Translations under genes and position numbers: made by a program | Shown: positions 25,848-37,971 of the stretch, piece after piece | Layout: each line of letters opens with the position of its first letter | Position numbering within the stretch: position 1 is the first letter of the stretch | The notes under the pieces: model-generated | Databases searched by the model: none | Told to the model about the DNA's origin: nothing | What the model saw: the letters and a program-made list of their open reading frames with translations, nothing else | Assembly (NCBI GenBank): GCA_004431415.1 | Contig: QPMI01000602.1 | Location: forward strand, 124,001-188,000 | Reading direction: 5' to 3' | Source: Cyanophora paradoxa CCMP329 | Taxonomy: Eukaryota > Plantae > Glaucophyta | DNA length: 64,000 nucleotides

Positions 25848-28800
25848 ATGGGTGGAGGAAGATCCCGGCATCGCCGGCCGTCGCCGCCGCCGCGGCCGGC
25901 AGCGCCATGGAGGCCACCGCCGCCGAAGCCCCCGCCGCCGCCGCCTCCGCCGCCCAAGCCCCTCCCCCCACGTACGATGACCTTCTCCCATCGCCTTCTG
26001 CGTCTCTTTACACGGCGCACTTGTCGCAGCTCCGCCGCGGCCTGCCGTAGTGCCGCCGCCGCCTCAGCAGCCCGACCAGACTGTCAGAGTCGAAGCGATT
26101 GACCCTCGCCTGTCGGTTCCAGGTCAAGAACTGTATGCGAATGGCCCTCTCCTGTGCGTATGCTGCTTCGCTGCACTCGGCCGCCGCTGATCATCGCGTC
26201 GGGCTGCGGCAGATTCGGCAAGAAGGAGGCAAGCGCCATGCCGCACGGGCTTGCGATGAAGCGGCTCACGCTTCCCCTGTTCGCAGGTGGTCTCCATGAT
26301 CAAGGATATCTTGAAGTCCCAGATCGACATGGATAAAAGTGAGACGCAGCTGCGAGGCCGCCGCGCCTCGCTCCGAGGCTTGGAGCAGCCCTGAAGCGCC
26401 CCTCGCAGTCAAGGCCCCCACGAGCGACAAGATCATGAGCATACCCGAGACAGTACAGCGATACACGCGAGGGCTGTGCCAGGTGCGTGTCGAGCACGGA
26501 CCCGCGAGAGACCGCGCTCCGAGGAGAACTCATTGGTGCGGGGCGCGGGGTGCGCAGGGGAACGAGCGCGTGGGCGGGACAGGCGGAACTGTCGTGAAGG
26601 CGGGGACGAAGTGCCAGGTGAATGGCCCTCCGCCGCGCGCCCGGCGTGGCGGCCTGACGGGCGCCCAGGTGTGGGGCAACGACCTGAAGGACTCGGCGGA
26701 CTTCAAGGTGCGCGCCGGCCAGTGGCCTCCACGGCCCCCACGCGCCTTCCAGCTCCCGACCCGCCTCTCCGCAGGTCGAGATCGACGACTTCCGATACGG
26801 GAAGCTGCGGAAGGACCCCGGTCGCGCCGCGCCGCCCCCCGGCCCTTGCGTTCTGGAACCGCCTCGCTCACGCCGGCCGGCCGCAGAAGTCCGCCCCTCG
26901 TCGACGGTCACGGCCGGTGCGCGGCGCCCTCGTTTTTCACGCGGGCCGCGGGGCGCGAGACGCTGCGCCCCGCAGACTCGGACAACGACTCGCCCGAGTG
27001 GCAAGTCGAGAAGGTGGGGGCGCCTCTGCGCCCTCCTCGGGGCCCGCTCTGGCCGACGCGCCGCCCCGCCAGGTCGCGCGCACGGTGACGGTCCGGGAGA
27101 AGTCCCACTTCAAGATCTCCTCGGGGTGCAGGCGGGGCAGCGATGGGCGAGGGTCCGTCGGGGCGACGGTCTCACGCGGGGCGCAGCATCCAGGCGGGGG
27201 CGCAGCTCTCCGTCAGCGCCGGCGTGTGCAACGACATCGCGTGCGCCAAGGCCGGCACCTCCTTCAACCCGGGGGTGCGCCGCCGGCCCCGCAGAGGGGC
27301 CCCGCCCCGCCCGGACCCATGCCCGCCCTTATCCCCGTGCCGCCCAGGTCGACACCACGAAGGAGGTAGCAGATTGACGTGGCCGAAGATCGGAATCGAC
27401 ACTAACGGGCTCGGCGCAGGACACGAACAAGAAGGACACGGAGACGACCCTGCACCTCGAGAAGACCGTTAACGTGCCCCCCTTCGGCCACGCAGGCGAG
27501 CCGCGCCCCCCATCCCTGTAGCAGTAGCCCCTTGCCGGTGTCAGACGGGGCCTCCAGACGTCGTGTGGACGATCTTCGAGAGGGAGGTGGACATCCCGTG
27601 GGAGGCCAAGGCCACCATCTCCGGGTTCGCGCCCGCCCTCCTCGCTGTCGTTTTGCGCCCGCCCTCCTCGCTGTCGTCGTGACACCGAGCCAGAAACTTC
27701 AACATGTACTACTGGGACGCCCCCCAGGGGCGCTTCGACCAGAACGCATGCGCCCAGGCGCGCCCGCCCTCCCCCGCCGCCGTGCGCTGGGGCGCGGGCG
27801 GTGCTGAGCATCGGGGGCGGGGCGGCAGATCATCCGGGCGTTCGTGGAACAGAAGGTGGTGCACGGGGAGGAGTACCGGGGGATGCCGTCCTACCTGGAG
27901 AGCTGCGGCCTGCACATCGTCAAGATCCCCGTCTGCGAGGCCCTCATCTGGTCCAAGAAGATCCGCCCCGAGAACGCGGAGAAGGACCAGAGCAAGTGCT
28001 GGTACACGATCGACGGCTCCTACGAGGGCGTCAAGGCCTCCGACTGGAAGTCGCAGGTCCAGGCGAGCAGCGCCTGCTCTCCTCTCCGCCGCCCCCGCTC
28101 AGCTGAGCGCCCCGGGCCTCCCCGCAGACGCGGCCGATCTCGTCGAAGATGTCGTGGTGGCAGGCAGCCCGTTACCACGGCACCGGCCTCGAGGTGCCGC
28201 CCCTGCCCCTGCCCCCGCCCTCCGTCCGGCGCGTCCAGCCCGTCTCATGTTGCGGCGCAGGACCTCGAGCCGACAGAAGAGTCCCTCGAGCGCATGGCTC
28301 GTCCCTTGCAGCTTCTCGCCGCCTCTCTCTTTCTTCCCTTGACCCGCCACTGCAGCGCGAGTACGTGAAGGGCAAGCCCTTCGGCCCGCGGGCCGACGCG
28401 AGAAAGACGACGAAGCAGGCGAGCAGTACCGGGTCCCATCCCCCCCGTGCTTCTCGAGATCTCAGTTGCGCCCGCAGATACTGCAGGAGAAGGAGGCCCG
28501 CCGGGCGGCCCGCAAGTCCGAGCGTGAGAAGCACGAGAAGACAAAGGTCCGTTTCCCGCCGCGCTCCCCACATTCATCGCGCGGTACCCCGCGAGCCCCG
28601 CCCCCGCAGCACCTGCGGACGAAGGAGAAGTGGGCCCACCGCGTGGACCACGAGGGCCAGCAGGCCGAGGTGCCCCACCGCCGCGCTCTCTCGCGCGTCT
28701 TCGCCACCGACTGACTGCACCCTTCGAAGCCCAATGCTGAAGCGAACCTCTCCTTGAGCTCTGAACAACAGGAAGTGCACCCATACAGTCCTGCGGGGGC

Positions 28801-29033
28801 CGACGGGACAAGCGGCGCGGTCCGCCAGGGTGCCCTTCCCCCTCACATCGCGTTCCCCAACGCCGAGCGCGCAGGGGACGCTGGGCTCGGAGGCCGCATT
28901 CTTGGGGGAGCTTGTCGAGGACGACGCCGGCGGCGCCGCCATGTCGATGCTCGCTGCCGGCGATGCGGGGATCGATACTCCAGACGCGGTCGCCTTCGCC
29001 CACGAATCTCACTGCGCCGTGCACTTGTGCTGA
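25848..29033 (+). CDS. Aerolysin/ETX-MTX2-like beta-pore-forming protein B (MGGGRS start, poly-Pro)
   Basis: DNDSPEWQVEK/VARTVTVREKSHFKISSG/IQAGAQLSVSAG..DTETTLHLEKTVNVPPFGHA/DVVWTIFEGEVDIPWEAKATISG..SYLESCGLHIVKIPVCEAL..TIDGSYEGVKAS; colinear with protein A. Confidence 0.72.
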
Positions 29034-29265
29034 CGCTTTAGTACCCGTGACAGTGTGTTCGCCCCTACTCATCCCGCCCTGTGCATCCTGAAATTGAATC
29101 CTGGTATCTAACGACTTCGGGCCTATCATGGCAGGGGGTTGAAAGGCGCCATGATCACTGCACGTGGAGAACAAAAATGGATGGGGACGAGGCTCAGGGA
29201 GGGAGGGGCGGCGGAGACGGGGGAGGGGCCTGCAGGGGAAGCGGCCGGAGAGCTTGGGGGACTGA

Positions 29266-30419
29266 CTACCAGCGGGGTTGGCCGACGAAGTCCAGGGACT
29301 CCTTCGGGGCGAAGAAGACGACACGCTGCCACTCGGGCGAGTCGGTGTCCTCCATGCGCTTCATGAGCTCCTCGAACGCGCCGACCTGACCGCGCGGGGA
29401 TTAGCTCCCGACCGAAAGAAGGAAAGAAAGGGCAGGCGGCGGGCGTGCCTCGATGCGCGGCTGCGGGGACATTGCGGGGTTGCCGCGGCGCATCTCCGCC
29501 CAGGCCGCCTCGAGGTCCTCCTTCGTGAAGAAGAGGGGGATGAACTGGCGAGTGTCGTTGCCCTGGCGCATTGTGAGACCCTCCGCCTGGTAGATGGGCG
29601 TCCCGTTGAAGTGCGTGACCTTCGCGAAGAGACCTGTCAGCACGAGAAGATCAGGAGGGAAGCGGGGCGGCGAACCTTGCGGCCCTGAGTCTTGAGGACG
29701 TCGACGGCGTTCTTGATCTGCTTTGCAACGGGCACGTAGCGAGCCTGGATGCCGGCATCCGAGCCGGCATCCACAGCGGCGCCGCTCTTCGCCGCAGCCT
29801 CGGCGTCCTTCGTCAGCTTGTACGCCTTGTCAAGACCAACGGTCATAACCTTGAGGTTCTTGCCGGGCTGGCCAGCGCGAGCCTTGGGGAGCGCAGCCAT
29901 GGCATCCTTGCGACTGAAGTAGAAGACGACAAAGCGGCCCTTCTCCTCGCCCCAGTTCGAGGCCACGATCGGCTTATTGCTCGCGTCGACAATCGTGAAG
30001 ACCGGAACCTCGCTGAGCTGCTTAGTGAGAGTCGCACGATCGATAGCCTCGGCGCTTTCGGACTGAGTCATAACGCCGAACGCAGCGATGCCGGCGACAC
30101 CGGCCACCGCGATCGCGGCGCCCGCAAGCTTGCTCCGAGCCTCGCTGGTCTCCTCCCCGCTGACGTCCTCCTCCTTGAGAGACATGGAGATGGTCGGAAC
30201 GCTCACGGGCCGGAAAACGGGGCGGGAGTCAGCCGCAGCCCTCACTCCGAAGAAATCCGAACGCTTGCTCGCGCCGAACAGACGCGAGCTGGCGGGCTGC
30301 CGCGCCGGCACGGACTCCGCAGAGCGCTGGCGTGCTGGCGCCGCGCATACAGCGGATGTGATCAGCTGCACGCCCGCCGCCGCGACGGCACAGGGCACGG
30401 TAGCTGCGAACGAGGCCAT
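29266..30419 (-). CDS. TIC22: Tic22-family plastid import chaperone with bipartite presequence
   Basis: MASFAA..; LSEVPVFTIVD, FYFSRKDA, VGLDKAYKL, FNGTPIYQAEGL, IPLFFTKEDL. Confidence 0.88.
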
Positions 30420-30537
30420 TGGGGTGTAAATCCGCTGCCCTGGGTACACTGCAAGGAGCGCACTGCGTACCCCCTCCGCGCAGCAGCCGCTGAGCAGCGC
30501 GCGGCCAGCGCGGATGAAGGCGCGCAAGCAATCGGCT

Positions 30538-33500
30538 ATGGATGCCATCGAAGAGGGCGCGACCAAGTTCGCGGGCCAGCTAGAGCGTGGCGCGGGCCAG
30601 ATGCTTGCCCACGTCGAAGAGGGAGCAACCAAGTTCGCGGGCCAGCTAGAGCGTGGGGCCGGCCAGATGCTTGCCCACGTAGGCGCTCTTCTGGTCGACC
30701 GGGAGAAAGTAGAGCCGATGGTGATGAAGCTCAGTCCGGTACGCCCGCCCGCTTATGCGTGGCCTGCGGCACCACCGACGCGCCCGCAGTACGTTCCGGA
30801 GTACTGCTTGAGACGATTCGCTACCGGAAAGCCTATGTGCGTACGCCGCGTTCGTCCGGAAGCCCGCGTTGACTTATCAACGACCTCAGGCGGGAGATGC
30901 CCGAACATGGGCAGTTGTTCGGAGGTGCAGATGCTTGAACGCTCGCTTGCTTGCGCAAGGGTGTACCGCGGCGCTAAACCGCGCCTTCGTCCGCAGCGAT
31001 TCTCTTCACTGACATCAGTGGGTTCACGCCCCTCTGCGAAAAGTTCGGGAAAATGGGCGCCGCTGGAGCTGAGCGTGTCCGCGACCACCTGAGTGCCTAC
31101 TTCGGCCGCCTTATTCCTATCATCGTGGGCCACGGAGGCGGTCCGCGTCCCAACTGAACCGACCGCGTTCGCCGCCCGCTGATGTCCGACGGTCCTCACA
31201 TGCGTAGATGTTATCAAGTTTGCTGGAGGTGCCGCGATGGAGGCCACTGCGCGTGTGCTAGCTGACACGCTTACCCAGACGCCCTCATTTCTCTCTTCTG
31301 GGGCAACGACGAGAGCGACCTGGCGCACTGCACGCTTAGTGCCACAGCCTGTGCATTGCAAGCTCTTTCTCAGCTATCAACATACGACGCGGACGGTGAG
31401 CCGGATCGAGTCATGGTATGCTGCCTTCGAGGCGAGCCCGGCGCAGGCGTTACCCTTCAAATGCACATCGGTGTCGGCGCTGGAAAGCTAAGCTATCTGT
31501 GCGTTGCTTTGCTCTTTGTCGCTGACCTAAAATGCTGACGAAGCGCGACTATCCAGCTACGTGGGCAGCACGAACAGGCGAGAGTTCCTTATTGCCGGCG
31601 ACGCGCTGACGCAGATCGCTTCTGCCGAGGCGGACGCGAAGTCCGCGCAAGATCCCCTCCTCTTCATCGAGAAGCCGGCCTCACCCCCTGCAGGTCGGGC
31701 GAGGTGTGCCTATCTCCGGAGGCGTGGCGACTCGTGCGCGGCCGCTGCCAGATGCGGCCCGTGTCGGGCTCGCAGAACATGATCGTCACGTCGATCATGG
31801 GCCCGCTGCCGGACTCGATCCGGTTCATACCGCGGGCGGAGGACATCCCAACCCCGATCGCCGCGGAGATGGAGCCCTGGTGGGCTCGGTAAGCTCGCAC
31901 GGCCCCCGCGCACCCGGCTGCTTTGCTATCTGAGTATAGCTGGGGTTGCCCCCCCTGGGTGCACAGGTACGCGGCCTGCTGGGGCTGCCGCACCTCCCGA
32001 GAGCCTCCCATCGACTCTGGCTTCATCCATTACGCGCGTCAGCTCTCGTGCGCCTTCCCGAGGCCTCCCGCCGCCCCCTCGCCGTTCGTCCTTCGAGGCC
32101 GCCGGGCGCAGGACGGACACGCTGGTGCACGTGCAAAGGGAGCTCGAGCGGTACGTCCCCTCGACAGTCCTCGTCAAGATGCGCACGGGGCAGGTGGGCC
32201 CGCCCCCGGCCCCCGCCCGCTGGCCGGCAGCGCGCGCGGGGCCTCAGGCACGTCTTGGGCGCAGTTCAAGTTCCTTGCCGAGCTGCGCGCCATCTCCGTC
32301 GTCTTCGTTTCCGTGCTCGGCCTCGACTACGACTCTGACGACGGTGATCCGCCCCGCCCCCGCCCCCGGCTGCGGCTCACACGGGGCGGTCGGCCTGGCA
32401 GGGCTGCGCCTCGCCAACTCGGCGGTGGCGGCGATGATCGAGGCGCTGGAGCAGTACGGCGGCTCCCTCCGCCAGTTCATCTCCGACGACAAGGGCTCCG
32501 GTGCGCGCGTGCCGGCGCGCCCGAGCGTTCGCAGCTGACCGCTGAGGTTTTCCCGGCAGTTCTCATCGGGATCTGGGGCCTGCCGCATGCGACGTACGAG
32601 GACAATCCGACGCGGGCGACGCTCTCCGCAATAGAAATCGGGCAGCGCCTCAAGAAGTTCTCCCTCGGCTGCTCCATCGGCGTGACGAGTGGGCGGGCCT
32701 TCTGTGGCACTGTCGGGAGCCCCATGCGGGTGCGCGGGCCGCCCGCGCCCTCGACCCAACCCAGGGGGGGCGCGCCGAGCCGAGCCGAGCCGGGGGCCGG
32801 GCCGCCAGATGGAGTACGCGGTCGTGGGGGACGTCGTGAACCTGTCTGCGCGCCTCATGTCCAACGCCAAGGGCGAGATGGGCAACATCCTCATCGACGA
32901 GGGTGCGCGCCGGCCCGGCCCGCCGAACTCGAATCCCCCCGCGCGCGCCGACGCCGCAGGGGGCGCGCAGCGACGTACACGGCGGCGAGCAGCAGCGTGA
33001 CGTGCAACCCGAAGGGCTCGATCAAGGTGAAGGGGAAGGAGCTGCCAATCAAAGTCTTCAACCCGCTCTTCAAGTACGCCGTCGGGCGTGGCGCCAGCAA
33101 CTCGGCCAGCGCCGCGAACCAGCGCAAGACTGCCCTCGTCGGGCGCAGCATAGAGGTCCCCTACCCCTCCCCGTCTGGGCGCCGGGGCCGGCCCTGACAT
33201 CCGGATGAAACAGGTGCAGCTGCTGAGCGAGGCGGCGAGCCGGCTGGTGCGGGAGCGGACGCACTTCCAGGGCCCGCGCGTGATCGTGGTGGAGGGCGAG
33301 TCGGGGGTGGGGAAGACGCGGCTGGTGCAGGAGGCGGTCGGGCTCGGCTCGGCGCACGGCAAGGAGGGCCGCTTCGTCTTCGACGCCTCGGCGACGGAGA
33401 TGGAGGCCGGCCAGCCGCTCGCCGTCTGGCGCCGCCTCTACTCCGCCATCGCCAACGAGCTCATGACCTCGCACGGCGGCGCCGCCGCCGCCGAGGCCGA

Positions 33501-35439
33501 GGCCGGGGCCGGGCCCGCCAAGGCCGGCTCCGCCAGCGGCGCCGCCGGCTCCCTCAAGAACCTCCAGTTCGTCTCCCAGATCAAGGCGAGCCGCCCAGCC
33601 GTCCCGCGCCCCACACCACCACCTCCGCCCCCCGCCTCTGATGCGTGCCGGTGGGGCGGGGCTGCAGGTGCGGACGCAGGGATGGATGGTGAACGTGAAG
33701 CGGCAGCGGTTCATGCAGCGGGTGGAGCAGCTGGGCGGGCGGGAGCTCGCGGAGCGCGTCTCGCTGCTGAACGGGCTGGTGCCCCTCGAGCTGCCCGAGT
33801 CCGAGGTGACGAAGAAGATGGCGGCGCGGAAGAGGCCCGAGGAGCTGCGGAGGCTGCTGGCGGACCTCACCGTCGCCCTCGCCGCGTACCTGCCGGTGAC
33901 GCTCATCATCGACGACGCGCACTGGATGGACGCTGAGAGCTGGGAGGTCCTCGAGGCCGTCATGAAGGCCTCCAAGAGCGTCCTCCTCGTCCTCGCCATG
34001 CGCGCCTGGAACGCCACGGCGCAGCGCAGCGTGCCCCCGCAGCTGCAGCGGTTCCTGCAGTCGGCGGGGCGGGGGGCGGACGGGGAGGCGCGGCGCGTGG
34101 CGCTGGCGCCGCTGGCGCGGGAGGACGTGCTGGCGATGATCGAGGACGCGCTGGCCGTCCGCGCCCTGCCGGAGACCTTCGCCTCGATGATCCTGCAGCG
34201 CGCCCAGGGCAACGCCTACTTCTCCCTCGAGCTCGCCTACGCGGCGCGCGACAAGGGCATCATCGAGATCCGCGACGCGCGCGCGACGATGTCCGCCTCG
34301 GCGGAGACCCTCTCCAACCTGGACGTGATCCTCCCGGCGACGCTGCAGGGGGTCATCTCCTCCCGCATCGACGGGCTGCCCCCCGGCCACCAGCTCGTCC
34401 TCAAGGTCGCCGCCTGCATCGGGCCCCAGTTCGAGTACGAGATCCTCCGCACCGTCTACCCCGTCGAGGCGGACAAGCCGGAGCTCCCGACCGTGATCGA
34501 GGCGCTCGAGGAGCGGGCCTTCATCGCGCGCGCCGCCAGCCCGCCCGAGGTCGCGCCGAGCCCCAAGACCCTCGTCGCCTCCATGCGCACGAAGCAGAGC
34601 AAGCTCGAAGGCGTCTCCTTCACGTTCTGCTCGACGCTCATCCGCGAGATCTGCTACGGGCAGCTCTCGCTCTCCAACCGGCGCGACCTCCACGCGGCGA
34701 TCGCCAGCGCGTACCGCGCCCTTTGCGAGAACGACGTGACCGCCGCCCGCCGCGCGGCGCTCTCCTTCCACGAGGCCAAGGCGGCGGACGAGATGCAGGG
34801 CACGCCGCCGGCCGAGACCAAGGAGAGGAGGCGGCCGGAGGGGCCGCGGCAGCCAGAGACGCCGCGGAGGGTGGCCGAGGTGGAGGAGGCACTGGCCGGG
34901 GGCGCGGCGCCGGCGGCGGGCGGGGCGGGCGGGGCGCAGACGAGGCGGCGGTCGACGCGGCCGGGCTCGGACCCGAGCGTCTGGCGCATGCCCCGTAGCG
35001 ACGAGCTGGTGTACGTGGAGAACCCGTACGGCTCGGGGCCTTCCGCCCTCCCGCCGGACCCGGCCCCGCTCCCCCCGCCGCCGCAGGCCCCGTATGCGCA
35101 CCCCGCATCGGTGCCCTCCTACGCTGGGGTCAGGCGGCCTCCGATCTCTATGCGGGGGATCCACGCGCCGGCGGAGGAGGGCCCGGACTCGCACCGGGGG
35201 CGGCGCCCCAGCGACCCCCACGCGGCGGACACGGTCGTCCGGCAGCGACCAGCGTCGGCACGCGATCCCACGCACTCGGGCAGCAGTACGAACCTCACCG
35301 CTAGCGGGGTGAGCGATGGCCCTCCCCTCCCCCTTGGGCAACTGCCTCCTCCCGCTCGCTCTGCTGACAGGATCGTTCGCTGCTGCAGAGTTGGGCCCCT
35401 CCTTCACGTATCTTCCGACCCCACGACTCCCTGCGATGA
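30538..35439 (+). CDS. Soluble adenylate-cyclase-like (ADCY10-type) protein: two class III cyclase domains + STAND/AAA ATPase
   Basis: ILFTDISGFTPL, VIKFAG/DAL, MHIGVGAG, FISDDKG, SIGVTSGRAFCG.VGS, EYAVVGDVVNLSARLM; Walker A GESGVGKT; Walker B LIIDDAHWMD; AQGNAYF. Confidence 0.9.
30548..30679 (+). repeat. 66-bp (22-aa) in-frame tandem duplication
   Basis: EEGATKFAGQLERGAGQMLAHV twice, differing only at synonymous sites. Confidence 0.9.
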
Positions 35440-35528
35440 GAGAGGGGCAGCTGCTTCGGGCATGGGCTGTGTTTTTCGGAGGCTTTGCTGTGTTTCCTCG
35501 AAGCTAAGCTTTTTGTAGTTTCTTTTAA

Positions 35529-35717
35529 GTTTAGTCGATGAGTTTAATGTAGCGCAGTGGTATAAGGTCGTGCTACGACCTCCCGGATTCCCGGGTTCGG
35601 TTCCTGCTGTTTCCGCTACGTTGTACTTCGAATCCCTGTGATTCCCGATACCGTGACTTGTATCCTCGTTGTGTACTACGAGTGGGCACGCCCACCGTAG
35701 ATCTTTTAAAAAAAAAA
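35529..35717 (+). mobile_element. Candidate tRNA-derived SINE
   Basis: A-box TAGCGCAGTGG 35550-35560, B-box-like GGTTCGGTTCC 35594-35604, A10 tail 35708-35717, TCTTTTAA at 35521 and 35702. Confidence 0.55.
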
Positions 35718-36132
35718 GTGACGCGACTCGATTAGATTAACGCAATCGGAAACTTGAATGGTAAAGGCATCGATATCGCTCGACGCGTACGCCGGCTCGT
35801 GCGATTGTACTTGTACCGCGCGGCACGCATTCGCACGCCACGCGTACGTGTAGCGCTAGCTATAGCCGCCGAGCTGCCTGACCATTAGTAGCGCATGCGC
35901 ACTGCATAACGCGTACGCTATCTAGAGGTAGCGCTCATGACAACCCCAACTTGGAATTCGAAGGAGTTTAACGAGGGCCGCTCGTCCAGAAACCGCTTGG
36001 CATTTGTACCCCCGAGCCGCGCGGCCGGGGCGGATAAAAGCTCTTAGCGCGCCGGCCGATCAACCCTGAAGAGTGTCAAGACGCCGTGGCGGGAGCTTGT
36101 ATCGGCTCCATACCGGCAGCGGTTTGTTCCAG

Positions 36133-37971
36133 ATGGCCGCGGATGCCCAAGAGCCGGCGACGCCGAGCAAGCGGCGGCGGCCCGGTAACGACGAGACGGG
36201 ACAGTCTCCGGCGCTTTTTCTGGAAACAGATGCGGCGCCGCCGCCGTTTGCACCCAGCTCTCGGGTGCGCCGTCTGGCGGCGGCGCGCAGATTCGGCCTC
36301 ACTTGCGGAACGCAGGGGTTCCAATTCCTTCCCACATGCACGTCGAGCGATCCTATGGAGGTCATTGAAGTGGGTGCGCGGTCCTCGCAACCTGAGCGTG
36401 AGTTGGAGCTCAACGCCGCCGCGCCGCGCAGATGCGGGAGGCACGATCTTTACTTCAACTCGTGGCACATTGTGCAGGTGAGAACGCCGGGTACTTCTCC
36501 CCGCCCCGTCTGCCCCCCTGAACTGGCGGCAGCGTGCCGGGGTCCCGGCTTGCGGCGGTGGTCGCAGGCAAGGTCGCGAGCCCGCGGCATAACTCGAGAA
36601 TCTTTCTGGACGTCGATCCCGGTCACTTCCGGATAGTGGTGCGCCCGTGCAGCGGTTTCGCTTCGCGCGTGGCTGACCAGTTTCCCCGCCACGCCCCGCA
36701 CCTTCGCCCTGCAGCTCAAGTGCGCGCCGTCCCCTCGTCAGATTCATGCCGCCGTCGCTGACTGGCCCGCAGCTGGCTCCGATACCCGTGCCCGCTGGAC
36801 AAGTGGGAGTTGGAGCCGGACCGCTCGGTGCTCCGCACCTTCGCGGCGCTGGGCCTGAGCCTGGAGGGCTACGGCATGGCGTCGTCGGCGCCGCGGCCGC
36901 TCACGGCGCGGCAGTCGGCCTCGTCGGCGAGCCCCTCGACGCCCTCGCCGGAGCCGGCCCTCGACGCCACCGTCTGCGTGATCGGCGGGCGCAACCGCGA
37001 GAACATCTTCGCCTCGATCGAGATGTACAAGGAGAGTGCCGGCTTCTGGAAGAACGCGGCGCCGACGCTCGCGGTGAGTCGCGAGGGCCACGCCTCGGTC
37101 GCCGTCGGGCCCAAGGTCTACACGCTGTGCGGGAGCCGCCGGATGCGCGGCTCCTCCTCCCCCGACGCCTTCCTCTCCTCCGTCGAGTGCTACGACTGCA
37201 GCTCCCACCAGTGGCTCTCCGTCCCGCCCCTCGCCACGCCCCGCTACGGCCTCGCCGCCGCCGCCCTCGGCACCACGATCTTTGCGATGGGCGGCTGGAA
37301 CGGGCGCGAGGTCACTGACAGCGTGGAGATCTTCGACGAGGGCTCGCAGTCGTGGCGCGCGGGGCCCTCCCTGCTCGAGCCCTCGGCTGGCCTGGGCGCC
37401 GTCGCCCTCGGCGGGCGCGTCTGGGCAGCCGGCGGGGGCCACCGGGGGCGCCCGACGTCGGACACGGTGCAGTTCTTCGACCCGGAGAAGGCGAAGTGGC
37501 TGGGCGGGGCGCCGATGCAGGTGCCGCGCGCCTCGCACGGGCTGGTGGCGCACGAGAACTGCCTCTACTCCTTCGGGGGCCTCTCGGGGGACGCCGAGTC
37601 GGCCGTCACCGAGTTTCTCGACGTGCGCGTCGGCCAGTGGCAGTTCCTCGGCCGCCTCGCCCTCGCCCGCCGCTGCCTCCAGGTCCCCGCCCCCGCCCGT
37701 TGCACTCGCCTCGGCCCTCCCCTCACCGCCCCTCCCCCGCAGGGCGCCGTCATCGCCGGCCGCCTCATGGCCATCGCCGGCTACGATGGGCAGTCGTGCG
37801 TGCCGCCACGGCCGCCCCGCGCGCCCGCCGCGCCGGCGCCGATCCGGCCGGCCGCCCCGCAGGTACCTGGACTGCTGCGAGCTCTTCGACGTGCCAGCGG
37901 GCAAGTGGCGCAAGGGCGCCCCCCTCTGCGACGCCCGCGGCGCCTTCTCCGCCGTCACCCTCGTCGCCTAG
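36133..37971 (+). CDS. Kelch beta-propeller protein with probable KCTD-type BTB-like N-terminal domain
   Basis: About six kelch repeats (VCVIGG, IFAMGGWNG, VWAAGG, LYSFGG, LMAIAGYDG); IFLDVDPGHFRIV..WLRY. Confidence 0.82.

Noticed and set aside
35543-35615. Functional tRNA gene
   Set aside because: No acceptor stem or canonical anticodon arm; B-box deviates
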